Sequence record: SRR31156797_4985
DNA length: 51,011 nucleotides
Reading direction: 5' to 3' (one strand)
The position numbers and the translations under genes are program-made. Below, piece by piece: positions 28,254-37,589 of the stretch (position 1 is its first letter; each line of letters begins with the position of its first letter). The notes under the pieces were generated by a model. The model had not been told where the DNA came from. It saw nothing but the letters and a program-made list of their open reading frames with translations, and searched no databases.

Positions 28254-30305
28254 TTACATCGACTCATAGTTGGAAATGTCGCTGTCAATAATTCCAAAAT
28301 CTATTATAGGTTGATTTTCTGACATGCAACTTTTACCATTTCCATTGCTAGGTGATATTATATCTGATTTAGGTTGATTGGCTTGCTTCTGAACAATTGA
28401 ATTTCTCCAATCGGACATTTGATTGTTTTCTATAGTAAAGAATTGTGTAATTCTTTCTAAATCGGCAGCTTGTGCGGCCATTTCTTCAGAACTTCCTGCC
28501 ATCTCTTCCGATGAAGAGGCGTTCTGTTGAGTAACCATGCTAAGTTGTTGAATAGCCGTGTTTACCTGATTTACTCCGGACTCCTGCTCGCGACTGGCAG
28601 TAGCTATTTCTTCAACTAATCGTGATGTTTCCTGAATATCAGGAACTATAGATTTTAGAAGGCCGTTAGAATCTTCAGTCATTTTTAAACCTTTCTCAGC
28701 AAGGGCTACAATTTCACTTGCGGCTAACTGGCTTCTTTCGGCTAGTTTTCTTACTTCAGCCGCAACTACGGCAAAACCTCTTCCCTGATCTCCAGCTCTG
28801 GCTGCTTCAACTGCTGCATTAATAGCTAAAAGGTCTGTTTTTTCGGCAATTTCAACGACCACACTAATTTTAGAGTAAATATCTCTAACCGCCATCATAC
28901 TATCTTCGGAGGCCAACGCTACTTGTTCAACAGAATTAGATGACTTGCTGGAGATATCAAGCGTTTTAATAGCATTTTCGGTGTTTTGCTGAATATTAGC
29001 AGCCATTTCTTCCATAGATGAAGAGACTTCTTCTGAAGCAGATGCCTGCTCGCTTACGCCGGATGAAATTTGTTGTGCTCCTGAACTTAATTGCTGACTT
29101 GCACCTGCAATGTTATCAGCTCCAGATTTAATGTCACCAACAATGGCTTTTAATCGCGACACCATTTTTTTCAATGCTTCTGCCAGCTCTCCAATTTCAT
29201 CTTTTTGATTTATATCAACCGTTGTAGTTAAATCTCCCTGAGCAACCTGATCTGCAAATTTTACTGATTTATTAATAGGTTTTAAAAGACTTTGTGTGAT
29301 ATAAACAGCCAGGATACCTGCGATAATAGCAGCCAAAACCATGAAAATGATAACACCAAAACGTGTATTTCTGGCTTCGTCAACCATTACATCATCTGTC
29401 AAAATATAATCTTTTGAGCTATCAATTGCTTTTTCAAACAGTTCGCCAACTGAATGTAAATGAGCCATTGTTTCGTTTTGATATATATGGTTTGCTTCTT
29501 GCATACCGGCTAATTCAGTTTCGAACCAAGTGCTAAAATTGTCTAGTTTAGCTAATACTTTCGATGTGTTAGGCTCAATGGAATTTGTAAAGTAACGCTT
29601 TGCTTGCTCTTTGTTCCCTTGCGCCAGATAACTTTCTGCCTGATGAATACTGGTGTGTAACTCATCATGTGCTTTTTCTATTTCTGATAAAAGCGCATGG
29701 GTTTCAACATGGTTTTCCTTGATGTGCTTCAATTCATCAGATAAAAGCCATTTACCAAAATTACACTGGGTAGGATCTTTAGTTACATTGATAATGCTTT
29801 TGTTATCGATAAAAATGGCGTCTTTTACTTTAGCCAACCATTTAACATGGTCTGTTTCGGCTTGTTTAAGTTGTGCTGCAATTCGCCAATCTAACTGTTC
29901 AAATACATCTCCAATTTTAATAGCAGACTTATGTAACTCCTCATGTGGTTTTTCAAATTCATCGAAAATTGGTTTTAATCCGGGAGCTAATTCTTCTGCA
30001 TGTTGACGACCTTCACCATAATACCATTGTCCGAAAGCACATTTATGGTGGTCGGTTTGTACATGAAGTTCAGTTTCTGTTTCATCTGTAAGTAGTTTGT
30101 TAACTTTGCTGGCCCATAAAAGATGATCTACATATTTATCTTCAAGTTCGGCTCTTAGTTCGTTACCGTCGATTACTTCTTCTGCATCTTTAAGAATACT
30201 TCCAATTCCAAAAATGGACCATAAACCGGTAACTACCATTATAATGATGATAATACCAAATGCGATGGAGAATTTTCTGCCTAGTTTTAAATTATTCCAG
30301 TTCAT
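28254..30305 (-). CDS. Methyl-accepting chemotaxis protein with two CZB domains
   Basis: TM1, two CZB signatures (DHLLW..CAFGQW..HEELH; DHVKW..CNFGKW..HDELH), TM2, HAMP ([10 protein letters not shown]), tip [34 protein letters not shown]. Confidence 0.95.
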   Translation of the reverse strand: MNWNNLKLGRKFSIAFGIIIIIMVVTGLWSIFGIGSILKDAEEVIDGNELRAELEDKYVDHLLWASKVNKLLTDETETELHVQTDHHKCAFGQWYYGEGRQHAEELAPGLKPIFDEFEKPHEELHKSAIKIGDVFEQLDWRIAAQLKQAETDHVKWLAKVKDAIFIDNKSIINVTKDPTQCNFGKWLLSDELKHIKENHVETHALLSEIEKAHDELHTSIHQAESYLAQGNKEQAKRYFTNSIEPNTSKVLAKLDNFSTWFETELAGMQEANHIYQNETMAHLHSVGELFEKAIDSSKDYILTDDVMVDEARNTRFGVIIFMVLAAIIAGILAVYITQSLLKPINKSVKFADQVAQGDLTTTVDINQKDEIGELAEALKKMVSRLKAIVGDIKSGADNIAGASQQLSSGAQQISSGVSEQASASEEVSSSMEEMAANIQQNTENAIKTLDISSKSSNSVEQVALASEDSMMAVRDIYSKISVVVEIAEKTDLLAINAAVEAARAGDQGRGFAVVAAEVRKLAERSQLAASEIVALAEKGLKMTEDSNGLLKSIVPDIQETSRLVEEIATASREQESGVNQVNTAIQQLSMVTQQNASSSEEMAGSSEEMAAQAADLERITQFFTIENNQMSDWRNSIVQKQANQPKSDIISPSNGNGKSCMSENQPIIDFGIIDSDISNYESM

Positions 30306-30338
30306 AACATGTATTAATTAGGATGATGTTTTATGATT

Positions 30339-30842
30339 TTAAATAGTTTGAGGTTCTTGTGTTGCATCGGTTTTTAGGCGCACAATATCATCAGAACCAA
30401 TTGCAGCTTCAAGGTCTAGTAGCATAATGAAGTTGTTGTTTCTATGCACTACACCACGGATGTATTCAGAGTTGTACCCTTGTCCAACTTCAGGTACAGG
30501 TTTTATATCCTCTTCCTTAATCTCAATAACATCAACCACTTTATCGGATTTAGCACCAACAATGTGTTCTTGTTTATTGAGTTCAAGATTAAGAACGATA
30601 ACTACAAATTTTTCATCCTCTAAGTAGTCATCGAGATCAAACTTTAGGCGAGTGTTTACTACAGGTATCACATTTCCTCTAAAGTTAACCACTCCCGAAA
30701 TGCACTCAGGTGCTTTAGGAAGGTGGGTGATGGTGTGTTCTTCACCTGTTTCAATTATTTCCAAAACCTTATGTACGCTAACTGCAAATAGTTCATCCTG
30801 CAGTCTGAATAAAAGGTATGATTCCGTATTTTTCGCTTCCAT
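30339..30842 (-). CDS. cheW: Chemotaxis adaptor CheW
   Basis: YLLFRL, GVVNFRGNVIPVV, DKVVDV, FIMLLD. Confidence 0.95.
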   Translation of the reverse strand: MEAKNTESYLLFRLQDELFAVSVHKVLEIIETGEEHTITHLPKAPECISGVVNFRGNVIPVVNTRLKFDLDDYLEDEKFVVIVLNLELNKQEHIVGAKSDKVVDVIEIKEEDIKPVPEVGQGYNSEYIRGVVHRNNNFIMLLDLEAAIGSDDIVRLKTDATQEPQTI

Positions 30843-30882
30843 AGCTTTAAATCAATTTATTCTGGTTTAATAAATCTGGAAT

Positions 30883-30890
30883 CAAAAATA
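30883..30890 (-). promoter_or_regulatory. -7 promoter box of the che operon
   Basis: TATTTTTG 40 nt upstream of the cheW ATG. Confidence 0.55.
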
Positions 30891-31281
30891 GAATGCGTTA
30901 ATTAAACTCAATAGGCCTGATTATACCGTTTGAAAATTAAAAAGGGGGATTTATAAGATAGAAAATGTACCTTTTTCGAAAGGAGAAAGCACTGTAGTTA
31001 AAAACGGTTTTGTATTCTAGTGTAACCTTTTTTATCTAGTTAAAAAACAATGTTTTATTCTGAGTTTTTATCCGAAAATAGCTATACTGTAAAAGTATGG
31101 TTTTTAAGGTAACCCTTTAGTAGGGGGTGTTCAAACTAAATACCTGTTTAGTGTTTGGCAACATCAATTTTAGAAACTAAATTTTAAAATGTGCGTAGCT
31201 AATATTACCTATTTTAAAGATATGTATTTATATAATTATAGTTTTTTAATATCTTTCACTTTCTCTGAATAAATTGAACTG

Positions 31282-32721
31282 ATGCCCGAAGATTCTAAAG
31301 ATATAGCCCTCGTTATTGAAAATAGTCAATCGAATATTCAACTCTATAAACTAATTTTTAAGGATGTGGAATTTGAGGTAGTTTACACTAACTCATTGGA
31401 TGAGGCAAAACAACAAATTTTAAACACACCGATAAAAGTAATTATTTGTGAATTAGTTAATTTAGGAGGAGATGCTATTTCGTTTTTTGAGAAAATGGAA
31501 CTTGAATATCCGTCTATAAAGAAGATATTAGTTACAGATTATATTGAACCTTTATTGCTCTCGAGAGCTATTCAGAACGGTAGAATCTTTAATTATCTAG
31601 CTAAACCGGTTGATCCGGATAGAATTAAAGTGGCCATTTATTCAGCGTTTAAGCAATTCAACCTAGCTCAGGAAAACAATGAACTGATTGATCATTTAAA
31701 AACCAAAAATCAAGAGCTCGAACAATTATTTCTGGATTTAAGAGAAGAGGAAGAAAAGTTTAGGAATGTTTTTAACGCTAAACCAGATCCCGCTTTTATT
31801 ATTAATAATGAGGGCTGGATACTTCAATCAAATCCAAAGGCACAAAAACTGTGTGTGCATGCTAATGGTAGTAACCTATTTGATTTAACAAGTCCACTTG
31901 ATAAAATTAAAATTCAGACTTATGTAGAAGCTATCATGTTAGGAGTAAAGCCAGCTATTGAGGTTGAAATGGAAGATAATAGTTGTAATTGCTTCAGGCA
32001 AAGTATAATTGAGGGATATCCAATAAAATTCAAGGGTATTCAAGCATTTATGATCTCTTTTAATAATATCTCTGAAAGAAAGGAAATGCAAAAAGAAGTA
32101 ATGCGCACCATAATTCAGACAGAAGAAAAGGAGCGAAGGAGGTTTGCTCAAGAGTTACATGATGGTGTTGGACCTTTACTTTCTACAGCAAAATTATATT
32201 TACAATGGTTTAATAAACCAGCCTCAAAAATGGATAAGGGAGTAATTATTTCAAAAATTGAGGAAACACTGGAGGAAACATTAGTCAGTATTCGTGAGAT
32301 CTCAAACAATATAAGTCCAAATACTTTAGTTACCTTTGGGCTTAATACTGCCTTAAAGACTTTTATCAATCGTATTAAAAATGCGTCAGCTATTCAATTT
32401 AAGTATAAGAATAGTTTAAATGTGCGATTAAACGAACAATTAGAAGTCACCATTTATCGATTACTCTGCGAACTGATAAATAATTCAATAAAATATGCTG
32501 AAGCCAGAAAAATTAATGTTGAGATTTCGCAAAATAGTACTGTAAATATTAATTATTGCGATGATGGAAAGGGATTTAATGTAGCCGAAGCTATGGATAG
32601 TAGAAAAGGAATGGGTTTGATGAATATGAGTACTCGGGTTCAATCGCTAGGTGGGCAATATGTTATAAACTCATCACCAGGTATGGGAACTAAGGTTTCG
32701 GTAAAATTATTAAAAGAATAG
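31282..32721 (+). CDS. Cytoplasmic REC-PAS-histidine kinase (HisKA_3/NarX type)
   Basis: ERRRFAQELHDGVG, ELINNSIKY, DDGKGF, GMGL; N-terminal degenerate receiver. Confidence 0.9.
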   Translation: MPEDSKDIALVIENSQSNIQLYKLIFKDVEFEVVYTNSLDEAKQQILNTPIKVIICELVNLGGDAISFFEKMELEYPSIKKILVTDYIEPLLLSRAIQNGRIFNYLAKPVDPDRIKVAIYSAFKQFNLAQENNELIDHLKTKNQELEQLFLDLREEEEKFRNVFNAKPDPAFIINNEGWILQSNPKAQKLCVHANGSNLFDLTSPLDKIKIQTYVEAIMLGVKPAIEVEMEDNSCNCFRQSIIEGYPIKFKGIQAFMISFNNISERKEMQKEVMRTIIQTEEKERRRFAQELHDGVGPLLSTAKLYLQWFNKPASKMDKGVIISKIEETLEETLVSIREISNNISPNTLVTFGLNTALKTFINRIKNASAIQFKYKNSLNVRLNEQLEVTIYRLLCELINNSIKYAEARKINVEISQNSTVNINYCDDGKGFNVAEAMDSRKGMGLMNMSTRVQSLGGQYVINSSPGMGTKVSVKLLKE

Positions 32722-32739
32722 CAACTTAATTTATCTCAA

Positions 32740-33387
32740 ATGGATAGTCCAAAATTATATTTAGTAGATGATCATTTAATATTCAGAGAAGGCCTTAGGA
32801 ATTTGCTCGAGTTTGAAGGGATTGGTAAGGTAGTAGGAGAATCGAGCAATGGTAAAGATTTTTTAGATAAGGTGGAAAATGCAGATCCAGATTTGGTTTT
32901 AATGGATATCTCAATGCCGGTAATGAATGGAATAGAAGCCACCAAACTAGCCATTGAACGCAATCCTGAGATGAAAATTATGGCCTTATCGATGAATGGC
33001 GATGAAGAGTATTATTATAAAATGATCGAAGCTGGAGTAAAGGGCTTTCTTTTAAAGGATAGTGGTATTAAGGAGATTGAAAAGGCAATTTCGGCAGTAA
33101 TTAGTGGAGATAGCTACTTTTCAAATGAATTATTAAGACGAATTATAACAAACTTAGGTAAACCTCTTGAGAAAAAGGCTGTAGGTAAAAATCTTCTTTC
33201 CGATAGAGAGATGGAAGTATTGGTTGAAATTTGTAATGGCTTAACGAATGATGAGATAGCAGAGAAGCTCTTTATAAGCGCTCAAACTGTCAAAGGGCAC
33301 AGAAGTAGCTTATTATCAAAAACAAATTGTAGAAATAGTGCCAGCCTGGTAATGTATGCCATCAAAAATAAGCTGGTAGAGTTATAA
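32740..33387 (+). CDS. NarL/LuxR-family response regulator
   Basis: VDDH, LMDISMP, GFLLK; HTH LSDREMEVL..EIAEKLFIS..TVKGHR. Confidence 0.95.
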   Translation: MDSPKLYLVDDHLIFREGLRNLLEFEGIGKVVGESSNGKDFLDKVENADPDLVLMDISMPVMNGIEATKLAIERNPEMKIMALSMNGDEEYYYKMIEAGVKGFLLKDSGIKEIEKAISAVISGDSYFSNELLRRIITNLGKPLEKKAVGKNLLSDREMEVLVEICNGLTNDEIAEKLFISAQTVKGHRSSLLSKTNCRNSASLVMYAIKNKLVEL

Positions 33388-33405
33388 AAATAGCTTTGAT
33401 ACAGT

Positions 33406-36375
33406 ATGATACGCAACTTAACACATAAATGGGTCTTGCAGTTTAAAATGGCGCAAAAGCTTTGCGGCGCATATGCTATGTTTGTTGCTGTCAAACAAGA
33501 CAACAATTGTAATTTTGTTTTTGAATACCCTAATAAAAAGATTGATGGTATTGATGACATTTTTCTGACTCATAATAGTTCTTGTGAATTAGGTCAGTAT
33601 ATATCTGGTAAGGATATTAAAAAGAAATCACCCAGTTTTAAAGGTAATTATGCCGCATATGTTTATTCTGTCTGCATTAAAAAGGTAGAATTCTTTGGAG
33701 AGGTACTTTTTTTATTTGATGAAGATAAACAATTAGAACCAGAAGAAGAGGAGTTGCTTAGTGGTATTTGTTCAAATATCTCTGATCAAATAAATATACA
33801 ACTATCGTTTACTAATCCTGCCAAAGAAATAAATCCTAATGCCTTAGATTATTTGCTGGATTCAATAAATGGGATTCCATGGCGAATGAATTTTAAAACC
33901 ATGGAGTATACATACATAGGCGAACAGGTTGTTCATATTACAGGTTATAAACCAGAGGAATGGCCAAACCTAAAGGAATGGAGTGCGGCTATTCATCCCG
34001 ACGATAGAGAAGGTGCTGTTGACTATTGCTTCAATGAAAGTATAAAAGGAGATGATCATCTGTTTGAGTACCGTCTTGTTAAAAAAGATGGTGAGGTAAT
34101 ATGGCTACAAGATGTAGTTAAGGTTAGTTTGGGAGAGGATGGTGAACCACTTGAATTAAATGGGTTTATGATTGATATTACCCGACAAAAGCATAAGGAA
34201 CAGTATGATATGCTTTTACAAAATCAATTGAAACATATTCTAAGAGCTACGAATACCGTAATGGATATTGTAGATCATGAGGGCAATATTATTTTTCATA
34301 GTCATGAGAATATTAATGCTATTTCACAAAAGTGTTACCAGCATTTTAGTAATCGAAACGAAAAATGTGATGCTTGTCCTCGAAGAAAAAGAATAAAGTC
34401 AAAGTCAACCTTTTATTATAATCAGGAAGATAAAACCTATCAGGTAACAGCTTACCCTTTCGAAGTTGAGAAGGGTAAATTGTATATGGGTGAAGTGAGG
34501 GTTGATATTACAGATAGGGTAAAAAGAGAAAACGAAATGGCCAAGTTGAAAAATCAACTTGAGTTTAGTATGAAGGCAGGAAGTATTGCTTTTGTAGAAT
34601 ACGATGTTAGCTCATCAATGCTATCTGTTAATCATGTATTTAATAAAATTACTGGTTACGACTTTTCAAATCATCAGGTTGAGTTAGACTGGTTGTTTTC
34701 CAGAGTTCATAATGATGATATCAAGTGGTTAAAAACAAGTTTTATAAGAACTTCAACTAGCAAAACAAATCAAATTGATATTGAGTTTAGACTTTTAAAT
34801 GCTTCTAATGCTTATATATGGGTTAATTTTTCTGGGTTAATAAAGAGTACAAGTGAAGGTTCTTTTTTAGTTTCCGGAATTATTAAAGACATAACGCCTG
34901 CTAAAAAGTTGTTGGGCGATTTACTGGTTGAGAAAAACAGAAGCTTAAAAGCTATGGAAGCAAAATCTATGTTTTTGGCTAACATGTCGCACGAAATTCG
35001 TACCCCCATGAATGCCATAATTGGTTTTTCGGAGCTTCTGGGTAAGCATATAGCTGAAGAACCATATAAGGGTTATATCAAATCAATTAAGGCCAGCGGA
35101 AAAGTATTGCTCGCATTGATTAACGATTTATTAGATCTCGAAAAAATTGAGGCCGGTAAAATGTTGGTTAAAAAGGATAATACTGACTTCGTAATTTTGG
35201 TAGACGAAATTGTTCAAACCTTTGCTATGATGGCCAATGAAAAAGGTTTGGAGCTGAAAATTAATAAGGACTCTACTATTCCGGGTACGATATTAATCGA
35301 TTCATTAAAACTTAGGCAGATACTATTAAACCTGGTGAATAATGCGATTAAATTTACTGAAAAGGGTGCTGTTTGTATTGATTCCGATTTTGTACCAAAT
35401 GCAAATACATCAACAGGAACGCTTACGTTTTCAGTTACAGATACGGGAATTGGCATAAAAAAGGAAAAACAAGCTACTATTTTCGAACCATTTATTCAGG
35501 ATAAAAATGCGAACGATAAGGACTATGAGGGTACTGGTTTGGGATTGTCGATTGTTCAAAAGCTAGTAACAATGCTTGGAGGAAGTATTACTTTAAGCAG
35601 CCAGCCAGGCAAGGGAAGTGTTTTTACTATTGTTATCCCAGATGTTGAGGCTTCGCATGATATCCATGCTGAGCTATCAGAGATACTTCCCGAAAAAGTC
35701 GATTATGCTAAAGAAAAAATTATGATTGCAGAACGTAAAGGTTCTGATTTAGAGGTGTTGGAAGCAGTGTGTAATAGTTTAAATTTGGAATGTAAAACGG
35801 CTTCCAATATCGATGAAATAATCAAACAGGTTCATATTTTTAATCCTAAAGTAATTATACTGGATGCGGAATTAGATGGAGCATTAGAAAACGATTATGT
35901 CAATAAATTAAAAAATAAAATGATGGGCGAACCTGGAGTGCTTGCTATCACTTCAGTAAACAATAACCGCCATTTTAAAAAATTATTCCACAAGGGATTT
36001 AATGGTATTATTACAAAGCCATTAGTGCAACACGAATTAGTTAATGAACTTAATCGTTTTATTAAAAAGAATACCCAAAATGCGGCAGAGAAACAAATTG
36101 AAATGCCTGAATTTTCGTTAGATGAAAAAAATATTTTACATCACACTTTTCATACAACTTTAATTCCAATTTGGGTTGAGTTTGATGAATATTTATCATC
36201 AGATAATTTGCAAGTATTTTCCCACGAGCTTAAAAAACTAAATGAAGAGGTAAGTTGGAAAGCCCTACATAAATTTTCAAAGAAACTAGATTCAGCAATA
36301 GATAGTTATGACTTTGAATCGATTCAAAAATTATTAAGTAACTTTAAGTATTTTGTAGATTTATCAGTAAACTAA
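33406..36375 (+). CDS. Cytoplasmic hybrid multi-PAS histidine kinase with receiver
   Basis: PAS (IHPDDR), H-box FLANMSHEIRTPMN, QILLNLVNNAIKFT, DTGIGI, GTGLGL, receiver IILD..ITKP. Confidence 0.92.
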   Translation: MIRNLTHKWVLQFKMAQKLCGAYAMFVAVKQDNNCNFVFEYPNKKIDGIDDIFLTHNSSCELGQYISGKDIKKKSPSFKGNYAAYVYSVCIKKVEFFGEVLFLFDEDKQLEPEEEELLSGICSNISDQINIQLSFTNPAKEINPNALDYLLDSINGIPWRMNFKTMEYTYIGEQVVHITGYKPEEWPNLKEWSAAIHPDDREGAVDYCFNESIKGDDHLFEYRLVKKDGEVIWLQDVVKVSLGEDGEPLELNGFMIDITRQKHKEQYDMLLQNQLKHILRATNTVMDIVDHEGNIIFHSHENINAISQKCYQHFSNRNEKCDACPRRKRIKSKSTFYYNQEDKTYQVTAYPFEVEKGKLYMGEVRVDITDRVKRENEMAKLKNQLEFSMKAGSIAFVEYDVSSSMLSVNHVFNKITGYDFSNHQVELDWLFSRVHNDDIKWLKTSFIRTSTSKTNQIDIEFRLLNASNAYIWVNFSGLIKSTSEGSFLVSGIIKDITPAKKLLGDLLVEKNRSLKAMEAKSMFLANMSHEIRTPMNAIIGFSELLGKHIAEEPYKGYIKSIKASGKVLLALINDLLDLEKIEAGKMLVKKDNTDFVILVDEIVQTFAMMANEKGLELKINKDSTIPGTILIDSLKLRQILLNLVNNAIKFTEKGAVCIDSDFVPNANTSTGTLTFSVTDTGIGIKKEKQATIFEPFIQDKNANDKDYEGTGLGLSIVQKLVTMLGGSITLSSQPGKGSVFTIVIPDVEASHDIHAELSEILPEKVDYAKEKIMIAERKGSDLEVLEAVCNSLNLECKTASNIDEIIKQVHIFNPKVIILDAELDGALENDYVNKLKNKMMGEPGVLAITSVNNNRHFKKLFHKGFNGIITKPLVQHELVNELNRFIKKNTQNAAEKQIEMPEFSLDEKNILHHTFHTTLIPIWVEFDEYLSSDNLQVFSHELKKLNEEVSWKALHKFSKKLDSAIDSYDFESIQKLLSNFKYFVDLSVN

Positions 36376-36408
36376 CCAAACTATAAATCTCAATCAAATT
36401 ACCCGGAT

Positions 36409-37575
36409 ATGATGAAAAGAAAAGTTTTAGTTGTAGATGATAATCCTAAGAATTTGCAGGTTATTGCAGCTTTGCTGTCGCAAAATAATTATGCTGTTGA
36501 AGTGGCTCTAAATGGAAAAAGCGCCATAAAATGGTTAAGCAATACTGATTTTGATGCAGTTTTACTTGATGTTATGATGCCTGAATTAAATGGTTTTGAA
36601 ACCTGCGAAATCATAAAAAGATCACCAGAGTACGCTAATCTACCGATTATATTTTTAACAGCTCGTCATGATATTGAAAGTATTACCGAAGGATTTGAAA
36701 ATGGTGGCGTTGATTATATTACCAAACCATTTAATCATCAGGAATTACTGGTGCGTTTGGATACCCATATCGAATTAAAGCAGTCAAGAGAAAAACTGGT
36801 TGATGTTAATAAGTGGTTAACCAGTGAGGTTGAAAAGAAAACAATGGAATTACAGGAGGCTAATGAACAATTGTTACAATTGGATAAGGCTAAAAGCGAT
36901 TTTTTAAATTCCATTAGCCATGAGTTAAGGACACCATTAAATGGCATAGTTGGTTCTATAAACTTATTAAAAGCATTGAAACATGAGGAACATACAGAGG
37001 AGATTTTGTCTCTTTTGTATTCTTCTGTTTCTAATCTTGAAAAGTATTCTTATGCAGCGCTTCAAATATCTAGTTTACAACTTAAAGGTGACGCTAGCTT
37101 AAAGCTGCAACCTACCAATATTCTACCGATTGTTCATTCGCTGGTTGATCGAATTATGGCAAAATCAGAAAAAGAGGAGCTTGAGTTCTGCTTTAATGCA
37201 GACAGTGAAGAATTGGTAGTAAACGTCGACTATACGTTTATTCAAAATGCTCTGAATTCGCTTTTTGAATGCTCTTTAACTTTTACAGCAAAAGGTAAAA
37301 TTGAGGTTGAAATATGCAGCCAAGGGGAAGAGTCAAAAATCATCATTAAAGATACGGGAAGTTTATACGAAGGACAGGAACTCAATCATTTCTTTAAATC
37401 CATAAGTAATCAAAATTACCAGTTCCTAAGGAATAATGCTATTGAGCTGCATTTAGCAAAAACGATTGTTTTGTTGCATAAAGGAAGTATCGAATTTGAA
37501 AACAAAGAAGATGGTAGTGGAACAATTACAACTATAAAACTGCCTACGATTAAATCCTATGAATACGTGGATTAG
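36409..37575 (+). CDS. REC-HisKA protein with degenerate HATPase domain
   Basis: Canonical receiver (VDDN, LLDVMMP, FLTA, ITKP) and H-box SHELRTPLNG; N/G1/G2 boxes degenerate. Confidence 0.88.
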   Translation: MMKRKVLVVDDNPKNLQVIAALLSQNNYAVEVALNGKSAIKWLSNTDFDAVLLDVMMPELNGFETCEIIKRSPEYANLPIIFLTARHDIESITEGFENGGVDYITKPFNHQELLVRLDTHIELKQSREKLVDVNKWLTSEVEKKTMELQEANEQLLQLDKAKSDFLNSISHELRTPLNGIVGSINLLKALKHEEHTEEILSLLYSSVSNLEKYSYAALQISSLQLKGDASLKLQPTNILPIVHSLVDRIMAKSEKEELEFCFNADSEELVVNVDYTFIQNALNSLFECSLTFTAKGKIEVEICSQGEESKIIIKDTGSLYEGQELNHFFKSISNQNYQFLRNNAIELHLAKTIVLLHKGSIEFENKEDGSGTITTIKLPTIKSYEYVD

Positions 37576-37589
37576 TAATATTCTTAAAA

